NCBI GenBank assembly: GCA_035307985.1
Contig: DATGHM010000019.1
Span: 16,076-80,075, forward strand
Reading direction: 5' to 3'
Length of the DNA: 64,000 nt
From: Candidatus Acidiferrales bacterium
GTDB lineage: Bacteria > Acidobacteriota > Terriglobia > Acidiferrales > UBA7541
Part shown: one piece after another, positions 46,658 through 55,113 of the stretch
Layout of the letters: every line of letters starts with the position of its first letter
Position numbering within the stretch: the stretch's first letter is position 1
The notes under the pieces: model-generated
Told to the model about the DNA's origin: nothing
Database searches by the model: none
Seen by the model: only the letters and a program-made list of their open reading frames with translations
Translations under genes and position numbers: made by a program

Positions 46658-47881
46658 ATGAAGCGGCTCGCAGCTCCACTCATCGCCACAGTTTTGATCT
46701 TCGTCATCGCAGCCGGTCCCGCGCTGCACGCCTATGTCTTCGATACCACGATCCCGTCCGCCGGCGGGTGCCCGCAACCGGATCGCTGGAGCCTGTCGCT
46801 GGCAAATCCACTGACACGCCAGTGGAGCACGTCCCTGCCGCTCGCTCCGCCAACCATCATCACCGCCGCACCGGCGCAAACCGACGCGCAACTCGCCGAG
46901 ATCGAGCAAGCCATCGCGGACTCATTCGCGGCATGGACGGGCGTCTCCGACACCACATTCAACGCAACAGCATATCCCGGCCTCTTCGCTCCTATCGCGC
47001 GCGTCAGCGCTCAGAATGCTTGCTCGAACGACGGCGAGACGAATGTCGACGGGCTGAATACGATCTGCTTCAACCAGGCGAGCGCGGCGTTCACCACCGG
47101 CGTGCTGGCCTTCACGCGCGTGATCACCGCGAATGCTCCGGGCGTGTCGGTTGGATCCAGTGTGACGTCAACTTTCGCGGGGCAGATTCTCGATGCGGAC
47201 ACGCTCTTCCGTCCGGACGGGCAGGGCACATTTGCGACTCCCGCCGGGCTCGCCACAACGCAAGGAAAGGGCGCGTACGATCTCGAATCGATTCTTGCGC
47301 ACGAGCTCGGTCACTGGTTCGGGCTGGATCACTCGGCGGTATGGCGAGCGATGATGTTTCCCTACGCGCCGCCTCCCGGGCAATTCCTCGGTGATCGTCC
47401 CACGGCGCAAACTCCCGACGGCCCGCTTTCCGACGACGATCGCACCGCCATTCGCGCCCTCTATCCCGATCCAAACGATTCGCTCGACGCCGGCTCCATC
47501 CGCGGACGCATTTTGCCCGCGAATCCCTTTGCGCTGGCCGCAATTCCGCCCACTTCCGCCGGCCGTTTCGTCACTGGAGTTGTCGGAGCGAGTGTTGTGG
47601 CAGTCGACGCGGACTCGGGTTCGGTTGTTGCGGGAACGCTCAGCGGCTGGACCTGCAATGCCTCGAACCCGCCGCTTCAATTCGACGGTTCATTCGACAT
47701 CGAGCGGCTTCCCCTCGGCCACAATTACGTGCTTTATGCGGAGCCGCTGGACGGGCTGGTGACGCCCGCTGACCTCGGCGACGCGCTGGACACGCTCTGC
47801 CCCCAGAACGGCCCCGCGGCGTGCGCGCTGCCGCCGGTGAACGCGAATTTCAACCCTCGGGGGTTGCCGAGCAGCCAGTAA
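46658..47881 (+). CDS. matrixin-like (M10) zinc metalloprotease
   Basis: Signal peptide and AHELGHWFGLDHS (HExxHxxGxxH). Starts 3 nt after the previous stop. Confidence 0.8.
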   Translation: MKRLAAPLIATVLIFVIAAGPALHAYVFDTTIPSAGGCPQPDRWSLSLANPLTRQWSTSLPLAPPTIITAAPAQTDAQLAEIEQAIADSFAAWTGVSDTTFNATAYPGLFAPIARVSAQNACSNDGETNVDGLNTICFNQASAAFTTGVLAFTRVITANAPGVSVGSSVTSTFAGQILDADTLFRPDGQGTFATPAGLATTQGKGAYDLESILAHELGHWFGLDHSAVWRAMMFPYAPPPGQFLGDRPTAQTPDGPLSDDDRTAIRALYPDPNDSLDAGSIRGRILPANPFALAAIPPTSAGRFVTGVVGASVVAVDADSGSVVAGTLSGWTCNASNPPLQFDGSFDIERLPLGHNYVLYAEPLDGLVTPADLGDALDTLCPQNGPAACALPPVNANFNPRGLPSSQ

Positions 47882-47961
47882 TGCCCGGCGAGGTTTAGCG
47901 CCGCGGTCGTTTTTGGCAAAATAGCGAAGAAAAAGAGAAGGCGAAAAAACGGATTTTTTAT

Positions 47962-48016
47962 CGAGTAGAAATTCGCCCGAGCTGTGTTTTCAGGAGGTTA
48001 CGGGGATTTCTACTCG
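47962..48016. repeat. 11-bp perfect inverted repeat CGAGTAGAAAT / ATTTCTACTCG
   Basis: Arms at 47962-47972 and 48006-48016 in an AT-rich gap. A third TATCGAGTAGA lies at 48024-48034. Confidence 0.5.
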
Positions 48017-48166
48017 CAGGCATTATCGAGTAGACGTTCACTGTGGCGTAGGGACTTTCCTCCGCTGGGCGGCGGCCGCGCTGGCGCAAGGGGCAAAAGG
48101 TGATGAAGCGCCGGGGTCGCGATCGCGGGCACTTCCCCTTCGGGTCCCTTAGCTCTGACCCCTGCT

Positions 48167-48566
48167 CTACTGCTGGTTCGAGCCCGCTCCGGCATTCGCA
48201 GAAGCATTGTCCGCAGGCTTCTTTTCCAGCGCGGCCTTTTGCGACTCGAGCGCCTGCTGTTCTTTCTTGGTGGACTCGATGGCTTGCATGCGTTCTTTGA
48301 TCCGGTCGCGTATATGCTGCTGCTCCGATTCCGGCGCGGTTTCGAGTTCCTTTTGTAGCTTCTCGACGAATTCCGTCTGGGCATCGATGTCGCGCTGTTC
48401 CCACGAGATCATGCTGTCCGCGCGTTCCACGGTCTTCGGGTTCGAGAGCGCCGGGGGAGCGCTGGGCGTCTTGTCAACCTTGGCCGCTGAGTTCTGCGCC
48501 GGCGCCGCCTTGGCAGCCGCCTCTTTTGCTTCCCTCGCTTCTTTCTGTTTCTCTGACTCCTGCTCC
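48167..48566 (-). pseudogene. 5'-truncated paralogue of the secreted coiled-coil gene 48992..49549
   Basis: ..TVERADSMISWEQ...QKAALEKKPADNASANAGAGSNQQ* parallels ..TVQQADGMIAQKQ...QKDALAKKAAAENVSANDGSGSNQP*. No signal peptide. The frame runs into the antisense of the matrixin fragment. Confidence 0.5.
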
Positions 48567-48751
48567 ACATCGAGCGACTTCCCCTCGGCCACAATTACGT
48601 GCTCTATGCGGAGCCGTTGGACGGGCTGGTGACGCCCGCTGACCTCGGCGACGCGCTGGACACGCTCTGCCCCCAGAACGGCCCGTCGGCCTGCACCCTT
48701 CCGCCCGTAAACACGAATTTCAATCCGCGCCAGTTGCCGCACAGTCAATGA
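48567..48751 (+). pseudogene. orphan 3' fragment (last 60 codons plus stop) of a matrixin paralogue
   Basis: 185 nt colinear with 47697..47881, same length, same frame, stop at the same codon. Confidence 0.7.
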
Positions 48752-48991
48752 TGGTGGAAGCGGAGCCCTTCAGGCCCGCGAAGAACAGCGCCCGCTCCCC
48801 GGTTTCAGCTGCTTGCGGGAGGCGCTGTTAGGAGGTCGAAGCAAGAATGGGCACGATCTTGCAGCAGCGGAAAAGATTCGGGCGGTCTTCGGTGGAAGGA
48901 CAGGGCCTGCCTTTTGGCAGACAGACTTCAGCCCGGCGAAAAAAGGCCTAGCCCCTGGGATCGGGCTTCCATATCCCTGGGCTTCGACTGC

Positions 48992-49549
48992 TTACGGTTG
49001 GTTCGAACCTGAACCATCGTTCGCCGAAACGTTTTCTGCGGCAGCTTTCTTTGCGAGCGCATCCTTCTGTGCCTGAAGCTGCGCGACATCGGCCTGAGTT
49101 TGTTGCGTGGTCGCAGTGTAAGACTTCAGTCGCCACTCAAGACGAGTCTTTTCCAGGCCCTCGGTCGCGGGATCGCTTACCTGCTTCTGTAGCGTCCGCA
49201 AGTATTCCTTTTGGGAGGCGAGAAGCTGCTGCTTCTGGGCAATCATACCGTCCGCCTGCTGAACCGTTGTGGGTTTTTGCTCCGTTGGTCCGGCTGGGGC
49301 TGTCTGAGATGCGGATTGCTTTGCGGCAGCTTGCTCCACGCTTTCTTTCTGCCTCTGGATCAGATAATCATCGGACGGCGAGCGGACCGAATCTATGTTG
49401 TCGTCGGTCCACACCTTTGGCTTTTTCGCTTTTTGCGCCGCCTGCTCAGGCGTTTTTTGCTCTTGCGAAGGGGCTTGGGCGAAGGCACCCGAAGCCGTTG
49501 CGGCTAGAGCCGCGAAGATCACCGCAACACGAATCATGTTCTTCTCCAT
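48992..49549 (-). CDS. secreted Gln/Ala/Lys-rich coiled-coil protein
   Basis: 185 aa with signal peptide MIRVAVIFAALAATASGAFA. The start is 9 nt after the pilX-like stop. Confidence 0.65.
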   Translation of the reverse strand: MEKNMIRVAVIFAALAATASGAFAQAPSQEQKTPEQAAQKAKKPKVWTDDNIDSVRSPSDDYLIQRQKESVEQAAAKQSASQTAPAGPTEQKPTTVQQADGMIAQKQQLLASQKEYLRTLQKQVSDPATEGLEKTRLEWRLKSYTATTQQTQADVAQLQAQKDALAKKAAAENVSANDGSGSNQP

Positions 49550-49558
49550 TTTGTGCCT

Positions 49559-51184
49559 CTACTTCGAGATCTCTTTCGCGGACAAGAGTTTGTAGTACTG
49601 GGGCTTCTGGACATAGTTGATCCAGCAACTGTTGTAATAAACTCCGTTTCCGCCTCCGCCATTGATCGTGAAATCCGCAGGTCCGTAAGTGCCCGCCGGA
49701 GTGCCGGCGGTGTTGGCAACGAAAATCGCCCCGTTAAACTGCCCGTTTCCGCCGCCGTTCTGGAGATATGTGGTCAGGCCGTTGCCGACCACCAGGATGA
49801 TTCCGTTCCAGCTCGAATTACCGTCATAAGTCAAATTGCCGGTGACAACGAGGATCCCGGAACCGGAGGTATTACCGCTGATGTCCATGTTTCCGTTTAC
49901 GTAAGTCACCTGCGGGTTAGTCGCCATTTGGCTGCCGCTCATGTTTGTCCACAGACTGCCCGGCGCGCTCACGATGCTGGAGTAGGTGTATGACCCCCCT
50001 CCCGTTCCCCCGCATCCCAGGCATACGTTTGCATTCTGCTGGAGAAGTTGCAACTCCTGTTGCAGCGCTGTGGGGTTCGCCAAGTTGCTGGGGAGCGAAG
50101 GCGTGCTGACGCTGGGAGAGGTGCCCGTTGTGCCTGGGTAATTGCTATCACGGTTGGTCGGAATCTGGCCGTCGACGTAATTCACGTTCGTTTGGTTCCC
50201 GGCATTGTCGTTTCCGGTCGATACGCCGACAGCCGGCCCTCCGCCAGATGACGTGCTGCAGCCCGTGACCGCCGGCGGCCGAGTGAAAGAACAGCCCGAA
50301 ATGCTGGTGAGTTGAGAGGTGTCGTTTCCGTCCATACAGTAGCCGCTCGAGTTCGGTGGGTTGAAGCTTCCAATGGGCCCCGGCAGCGTCAGCGCGGACG
50401 GAAAATTTAAGTTGAAGGTGAATGGAGCGACCTCGTCTTGCACCATCCGTTGCGTGCCGTTCGCCGTTACCGCAAACGAAGTGATCTCATAGACGGGCTG
50501 GAGGTTACTCGCCGTCAAGCAAATCCCGCTTCCGGACACGCATACCGTGCCGCTGGTCGGGTCATAGAAGACTTGTTTCGTCGCGGCCTGTGTTGGGTTC
50601 ACCCAGCGCGCTGTCCCAGTGGTGGTGTCGAGCGTCTCGTTGAGCTTCAGATTGATTCGCACCCACTGGTAAGCCAGAGGATTCGACGACGGCCCGGAGT
50701 AGCTCGAGTTCGTCGTGTAGGAGGAGTACCACGTTGAGCCGCTCGGCGCGGAAGCGCCGGCTGCGGTCATCTCGTTGACGAATTCCTGGTCGTAGGTGGA
50801 CACATTGCCGTTCTGCGTCGATATCGTGCCGCTGCTGGACCATGGCGAAACGCCCGAAGCGACCAGATACGTGGCGTAGTTGGTTGTGGTGCATCCGCTA
50901 GCCGCGACGCCGGCGGGAGTAACGCACGGCGGCGTAATCGCATTGGAATTGCTGGGCAGCAACCGATCCCGTGCTTCCTGCAAGCCAGCTTTTGCTGCGA
51001 ACAAGGCCACCTGCTGATCTCGGTAGTTTGCGTCCACGCTGGTCTCGCTATTCGAGATGAGGATCATCCCGGCCGCGACGGCGGTTATCAGAAGTAGACC
51101 GATGATCGCAATCACCAGGGCGACGCCGGCTTCGTCTCTCGATTGGCTGCAAACAGCCTGTGACCGGGGGTTGAAGTTGTTCAT
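49559..51184 (-). CDS. PilX-like type IV pilus minor pilin / pilus assembly protein
   Basis: Internal ATG 51184 of track ORF 49559..51349. N-terminus DEAGVALVIAIIGLLLITAVAAGMILI (PilX_N-like) and a large Gly/Asn/Thr-rich C-terminal domain. Confidence 0.7.
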   Translation of the reverse strand: MNNFNPRSQAVCSQSRDEAGVALVIAIIGLLLITAVAAGMILISNSETSVDANYRDQQVALFAAKAGLQEARDRLLPSNSNAITPPCVTPAGVAASGCTTTNYATYLVASGVSPWSSSGTISTQNGNVSTYDQEFVNEMTAAGASAPSGSTWYSSYTTNSSYSGPSSNPLAYQWVRINLKLNETLDTTTGTARWVNPTQAATKQVFYDPTSGTVCVSGSGICLTASNLQPVYEITSFAVTANGTQRMVQDEVAPFTFNLNFPSALTLPGPIGSFNPPNSSGYCMDGNDTSQLTSISGCSFTRPPAVTGCSTSSGGGPAVGVSTGNDNAGNQTNVNYVDGQIPTNRDSNYPGTTGTSPSVSTPSLPSNLANPTALQQELQLLQQNANVCLGCGGTGGGSYTYSSIVSAPGSLWTNMSGSQMATNPQVTYVNGNMDISGNTSGSGILVVTGNLTYDGNSSWNGIILVVGNGLTTYLQNGGGNGQFNGAIFVANTAGTPAGTYGPADFTINGGGGNGVYYNSCWINYVQKPQYYKLLSAKEISK

Positions 51185-51282
51185 TGAGTGGCTCCTTGAT
51201 CCTTGCTGAAGCTGCTTTGTGCTTCTCGTCAGTATGTCCAGACACGTGCAGGAAACCTGAGATCCGGCGTTCGCGAAAATCC

Positions 51283-52065
51283 TCACTGGCACGTCATCTG
51301 CATTCCCGCAACGTTTGCCACCGTCGCGGTGGTTGCCGCCATCGAGCAATTCACAATTTGAACGTCGCCGCTAAGATCGGCTTCCAACTGGTGGCCAGTG
51401 CGTGGATCGACCGAGGTCGGGTTTGCCACACTCAGGTTGATCTTGATCAGCCTGACTTGTGCGGTATGCGGTGCGTCACTGGTGATATCGACCGGTAGAT
51501 TGATCACGCCACCCGCCGCGTCGTAAGCTGAAAATATCGCATTTGTGGTCAGCACGTTCTGAACTTCCTGAACGTAAGAGCCGGCTGCGATACTTCCCAC
51601 GCTCGTGAGCGGATTGGCGGCGTTCGGCTTTGGCTCTTGGAACCGCTCCATGCACTTCGCACAGAGGCCATCTCCATTGAGTTTGTAGCTGACAAGCGAC
51701 ACGCCGCTGCCGTCGATGTCACCCTCGAAATCCAACTCCGTATTCGTGAGCTTGACGAGGCCGACCGCCAGCCCGGAATCGTTGATGAGCGGCAACGGCC
51801 AGGTTGTAGAGTTCGAAGTATCGAAATTATTCACGTTGGGATAGCCCATCTGCCGGGCCTCGCGAACCACCTGAGCCATAAAGTCCCGCGCCTGCTGGAA
51901 GTCGTCGACTCGGCCCTGCTCCGCCGTCGCCCTTTGCTGCGCCTGGTCGATTTGCGTGAGAAGTGCCGCCATCACGACGGTGATCATCGCAACGACGACC
52001 ATCAGCTCAACCAGCGAGAATCCACGAACAGGGCGTGTGTTTTTTACGTTGTTTGTGATTTTCAT
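51283..52065 (-). CDS. prepilin-type minor pilin (PilW-like)
   Basis: ATG 52065. VRGFSLVELMVVVAMITVVMAAL prepilin cleavage/methylation motif. Confidence 0.75.
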   Translation of the reverse strand: MKITNNVKNTRPVRGFSLVELMVVVAMITVVMAALLTQIDQAQQRATAEQGRVDDFQQARDFMAQVVREARQMGYPNVNNFDTSNSTTWPLPLINDSGLAVGLVKLTNTELDFEGDIDGSGVSLVSYKLNGDGLCAKCMERFQEPKPNAANPLTSVGSIAAGSYVQEVQNVLTTNAIFSAYDAAGGVINLPVDITSDAPHTAQVRLIKINLSVANPTSVDPRTGHQLEADLSGDVQIVNCSMAATTATVANVAGMQMTCQ

Positions 52066-52066
52066 G

Positions 52067-52624
52067 TCAGTTCCCGTCATTGCCGACAATCGTGCGGATG
52101 TTGACCGACGAAGCGCGCTGCAGTGCCGTTCCAGACGTGTCCATCGAGCGAGCCCCGACAACTACGAACTCTGTCTTAGCGGGACTCCCGATAGATTTGA
52201 TGTTCCAGCGCACGTCGTAAACTGTCTTGGTTCCGGTGTTGACGCCGCAAACCGTGTACGGCATGGCATAGTTCGCCGTCACGCTGCTGAAGCTTTGACT
52301 GAAATCGACTTTGCCTGCTGATGTGAGGTTTGCGCCGCTGCCGGTCGTTGCCCCGGTCGTAGCTATAGTTAAGTTGTTGTTCGCGCAATCCGTGATCGTC
52401 ACAGTGGACACGCCGCCCCCAACCGGAACGGAAGAAATCCGGCTGATGACCATTTCCGCTAGCGCCGTGCTCGTCGTGTCCTTCTTGCTTCGCGAATTGC
52501 TGCCGATCGCCACGCCCACCACGGCCACTGAGCCGACCAGGCCGATGGTCAGCACCAGCAGCGCGATCAGCATTTCAATCAGCGAGGTTCCGCGTTCTTT
52601 CTTCGATCCACCAATTCGGCGCAT
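52067..52624 (-). CDS. prepilin-type minor pilin (PilV-like)
   Basis: ATG 52624. ERGTSLIEMLIALLVLTIGLVG. The stop is 1 nt before the next start. Confidence 0.75.
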   Translation of the reverse strand: MRRIGGSKKERGTSLIEMLIALLVLTIGLVGSVAVVGVAIGSNSRSKKDTTSTALAEMVISRISSVPVGGGVSTVTITDCANNNLTIATTGATTGSGANLTSAGKVDFSQSFSSVTANYAMPYTVCGVNTGTKTVYDVRWNIKSIGSPAKTEFVVVGARSMDTSGTALQRASSVNIRTIVGNDGN

Positions 52625-52653
52625 TTCGAGTCCTTTACCTTGGAGCCGTTGGC

Positions 52654-53250
52654 TCATTGCCATTTGGCTCCGGTCCATATCCACACTTTGCTGCGTCCCA
52701 AGGGCGAAACCGACACCGCTGCCCAGTCGCCATAAGGATCCGTGACGCAGAACACCACTCCGACCGTAGCGGATTCCAAACCGAGCGAATTAAATGAAAG
52801 AGTCGCTGATGTTGATGGCGTGAAGCCGATCACGGAACTGAGGTTCCCCGGGGCGTTCGAATATGATCCGCTTGTCACGTTGGCCGGGTACGTGGCGTAG
52901 ACATCCCCCGCGTGGAACGAACTCCCGGATCCGGTCGTATCGGCAAATGCGCCGGTAGAACCACCAGCGACGGCTCCCACGTAGATGTTGACCGTCGTGT
53001 TCTTACGTTCAGCAAAAGCGCGCGCCTGCTGAACCACCGACAGCACAGCGTCGGCGCCGCTCCGCGTGCGCGACACGTGGACCGCAGTGATGAGCTTCGG
53101 CACCCCGATCGCAGCCACGACAAACATGATCCCGACGACCGTCAGAAGTTCAACCAACGTGAAGCCGCGATGGCTCGCTGGAAGCGAGAAGGTATTACCC
53201 TCGTCCAGATTGCTCGATCTGGTTCTGCTCTGGGATTTCGTGCCGCTCAC
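52654..53250 (-). CDS. GspH/FimT-like pseudopilin
   Basis: HRGFTLVELLTVVGIMFVVAAIGVP. I prefer the GTG at 53250 (GGAG 4 nt upstream); the track ORF extends to 53334. Confidence 0.7.
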   Translation of the reverse strand: MSGTKSQSRTRSSNLDEGNTFSLPASHRGFTLVELLTVVGIMFVVAAIGVPKLITAVHVSRTRSGADAVLSVVQQARAFAERKNTTVNIYVGAVAGGSTGAFADTTGSGSSFHAGDVYATYPANVTSGSYSNAPGNLSSVIGFTPSTSATLSFNSLGLESATVGVVFCVTDPYGDWAAVSVSPLGRSKVWIWTGAKWQ

Positions 53251-53560
53251 GTCGCTCCTCGAATGGTTCGTTCTGCCGGGGTGTCCTTGACTGCCCGCTG
53301 GAATGCCGCCTTGGACGCCGCCTGGCTCAATCACAAGGGCACACCGCCTGCCAGTCTGTCCTTGCGCTGCAACTGACAGACTCTAGATGGTTTAAGCCGG
53401 TTGTTACGGAGCGGAACAGGAGGGCAATCGCCTGGGTCGGTGGGTAGAAACGTAACCGACACAGAGTCGCGCTACAGGATTCAATGGGGGCGAAAGTAGA
53501 TCGAAGCTGGGGGCAATTACTGCGACGAGATGTTTCCTCCGCGAGGGGAAACGTGGGGTT

Positions 53561-53632
53561 TAGCGCTAACGGGAATCGAACCCGTATTTCGGCCTTGAAA
53601 GGGCCGCGTGCTAACCGTTGCACCATAGCGCC
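53561..53632 (-). tRNA. tRNA-Glu (anticodon UUC)
   Basis: 72-nt cloverleaf read on the minus strand: GGCGCTA TG GTGC AACGGTTA GCAC G CGGCC CTTTCAA GGCCG AAAT ACGGG TTCGATT CCCGT TAGCGCT A. G1-U72 wobble; no encoded CCA. Confidence 0.85.
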
Positions 53633-53773
53633 ACGGATTCAGAAGTGCCCTCTAGTTTAGCAGAGAACCGGGCGGCGAATCTCGATTTGCATTGGGATAC
53701 GGCGCTCGCATGCGCGCCCGCGCCAATGATCAAAGCAGGCTTTTGACTCTCAACCCTCAACCGTCAACGGACA

Positions 53774-54316
53774 TCATCGCCAGCCGTTTCGCTCGCGCAG
53801 CGAAGTGATGTGCGCCACATGATGCCGGCCGTGCCACGCATAGAGCTGCAAAGTTTCCTCGAGAGTCATCGTGCCGCGTTCCGGATGGCGGAACGTGCGC
53901 TGCCAGTCGGCGGCCTTCAGCGACTTCAGAAGCACGAGCCAGCGCTCGTGCAGGTTCTCGAGCAGAAGCAGCGACGGCTCGATCGGCCCCTTTGCATCGG
54001 CGAGTTCAGCCCAGCGCGCCTCATCATAGGGCTTGATCGTCGGCTCATTTTCCGTGAGGGCGAGCTTGAAACGCACCAGGGAGTTCATGTGGCTGTCCGG
54101 AACGTGATGGACCACCTGTCGCACCGTCCACCCGCCCGGACGATAGGGCGTGTCGAGTTGCTCCTCGGTCAATCCAGTCGCCGCGGCTCTCAGTTTCGCA
54201 GGCGCTTCCGCAATGGCGGCAATCAACGCGGTTCGCTGCGCATCGCTTACGCCCTCTGTTTTCTTGAATTTTCCGATTGGGTATCGCAGATCAGCTTCCA
54301 TCGTCCCTCCCGGCAT
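53774..54316 (-). CDS. DinB/YfiT-family metal-dependent hydrolase (bacillithiol-transferase-like)
   Basis: RYPIGKF...GGWTVRQVVHHVPDSHMN...LYAWHGRHHVAHI (His triad). Confidence 0.85.
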   Translation of the reverse strand: MPGGTMEADLRYPIGKFKKTEGVSDAQRTALIAAIAEAPAKLRAAATGLTEEQLDTPYRPGGWTVRQVVHHVPDSHMNSLVRFKLALTENEPTIKPYDEARWAELADAKGPIEPSLLLLENLHERWLVLLKSLKAADWQRTFRHPERGTMTLEETLQLYAWHGRHHVAHITSLRERNGWR

Positions 54317-54485
54317 GCTTCGCGTCCCGACAAGATAGAACCGTCACGAGGATTATTCATGCGACGGTTGCGACACGCAATCCCGCCAACTGTATGCGAT
54401 GAGGCCTTCTGAGGACAATTTGGATGGTGCGTTAACCAGCCCAGAACAGCGCCGGCACCCGGTAGTGGCTCGGCCGATGCGGAAA

Positions 54486-54815
54486 TCAAGCCGTGAAGGA
54501 GGTACCGCAGCCGCAGGTTCGCGTGGCCTGGGGATTCTGGAAAACAAAGCCTTTACGCATCAGGCTTTCCTGATAATCCAGCGTCGTATCGGCAAGGTAC
54601 GCGTAGCTCTTCGGGTCCACGAAAACGCGCGCGCCGTACTCCTCGATAACGTTGTCGCGTCCCCGCGGCTCGTTCTCCAGCCTCATCGCATACGTGAGCC
54701 CGGAACAGCCGCCGCCGCGAACGCCAATGCGCAGCCCGCCGGACTCGGCTGGCACGCCTTCCTTCACCAGCAGTTCGCGAATTTTGACCGCCGCTTTTTC
54801 CGTGACGTGAATCAT
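54486..54815 (-). CDS. A-type iron-sulfur cluster carrier (IscA/ErpA/HesB)
   Basis: 109 aa with GGGCSGL and the C-terminal CGCGTSF. Confidence 0.9.
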   Translation of the reverse strand: MIHVTEKAAVKIRELLVKEGVPAESGGLRIGVRGGGCSGLTYAMRLENEPRGRDNVIEEYGARVFVDPKSYAYLADTTLDYQESLMRKGFVFQNPQATRTCGCGTSFTA

Positions 54816-54961
54816 CTCTACCTGAGTGGGATGCCGGAATTGACTCCTACGACTCTTCTATTCTAACCCGGGCCAAGAGGAACTGCACGCCGCAGTATAG
54901 GTCGCGTCACTAAGCCTTAAACGCGGCTAGCGCGCGTTGAGCCCGGGACCTCCGCACGCGT

Positions 54962-55098
54962 GTCATTCCGAAGAGGAGCGGCCCGATCTCCGCGCCTACA
55001 TTTGTCCGCTGTGCGGAAATCGGGCGAATTGGCGACGATGAGGAATCGCGGCGCCGGAACGGCGCACACCCGGCTCGCGATGTTTTCGACAGGATGAC
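54962..55098. mobile_element. small element with GTCATYCYG terminal inverted repeats (MITE-like, tentative)
   Basis: gtcattccgaagagg at the left end; gtcatcctgtcgaaa at the right end when read in reverse. Lies in the 298-bp iscS to iscA-type gap. Confidence 0.35.
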
Positions 55099-55113
55099 GA
55101 CAAATTCAGGCTT

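Noticed and set aside
47891-53570. 10-nt match GGTTTAGCGC between the tRNA-Glu 3' flank (53558-53567) and the sequence just after the matrixin stop (47893-47902), as island att repeats
   Set aside because: It is too short, covers only about 7 nt of the tRNA itself, and no integrase is present. It is not distinguishable from chance without comparative data.
53327-53626. 99-aa minus ORF
   Set aside because: It overlaps the tRNA-Glu gene and its flank and has no coding character.
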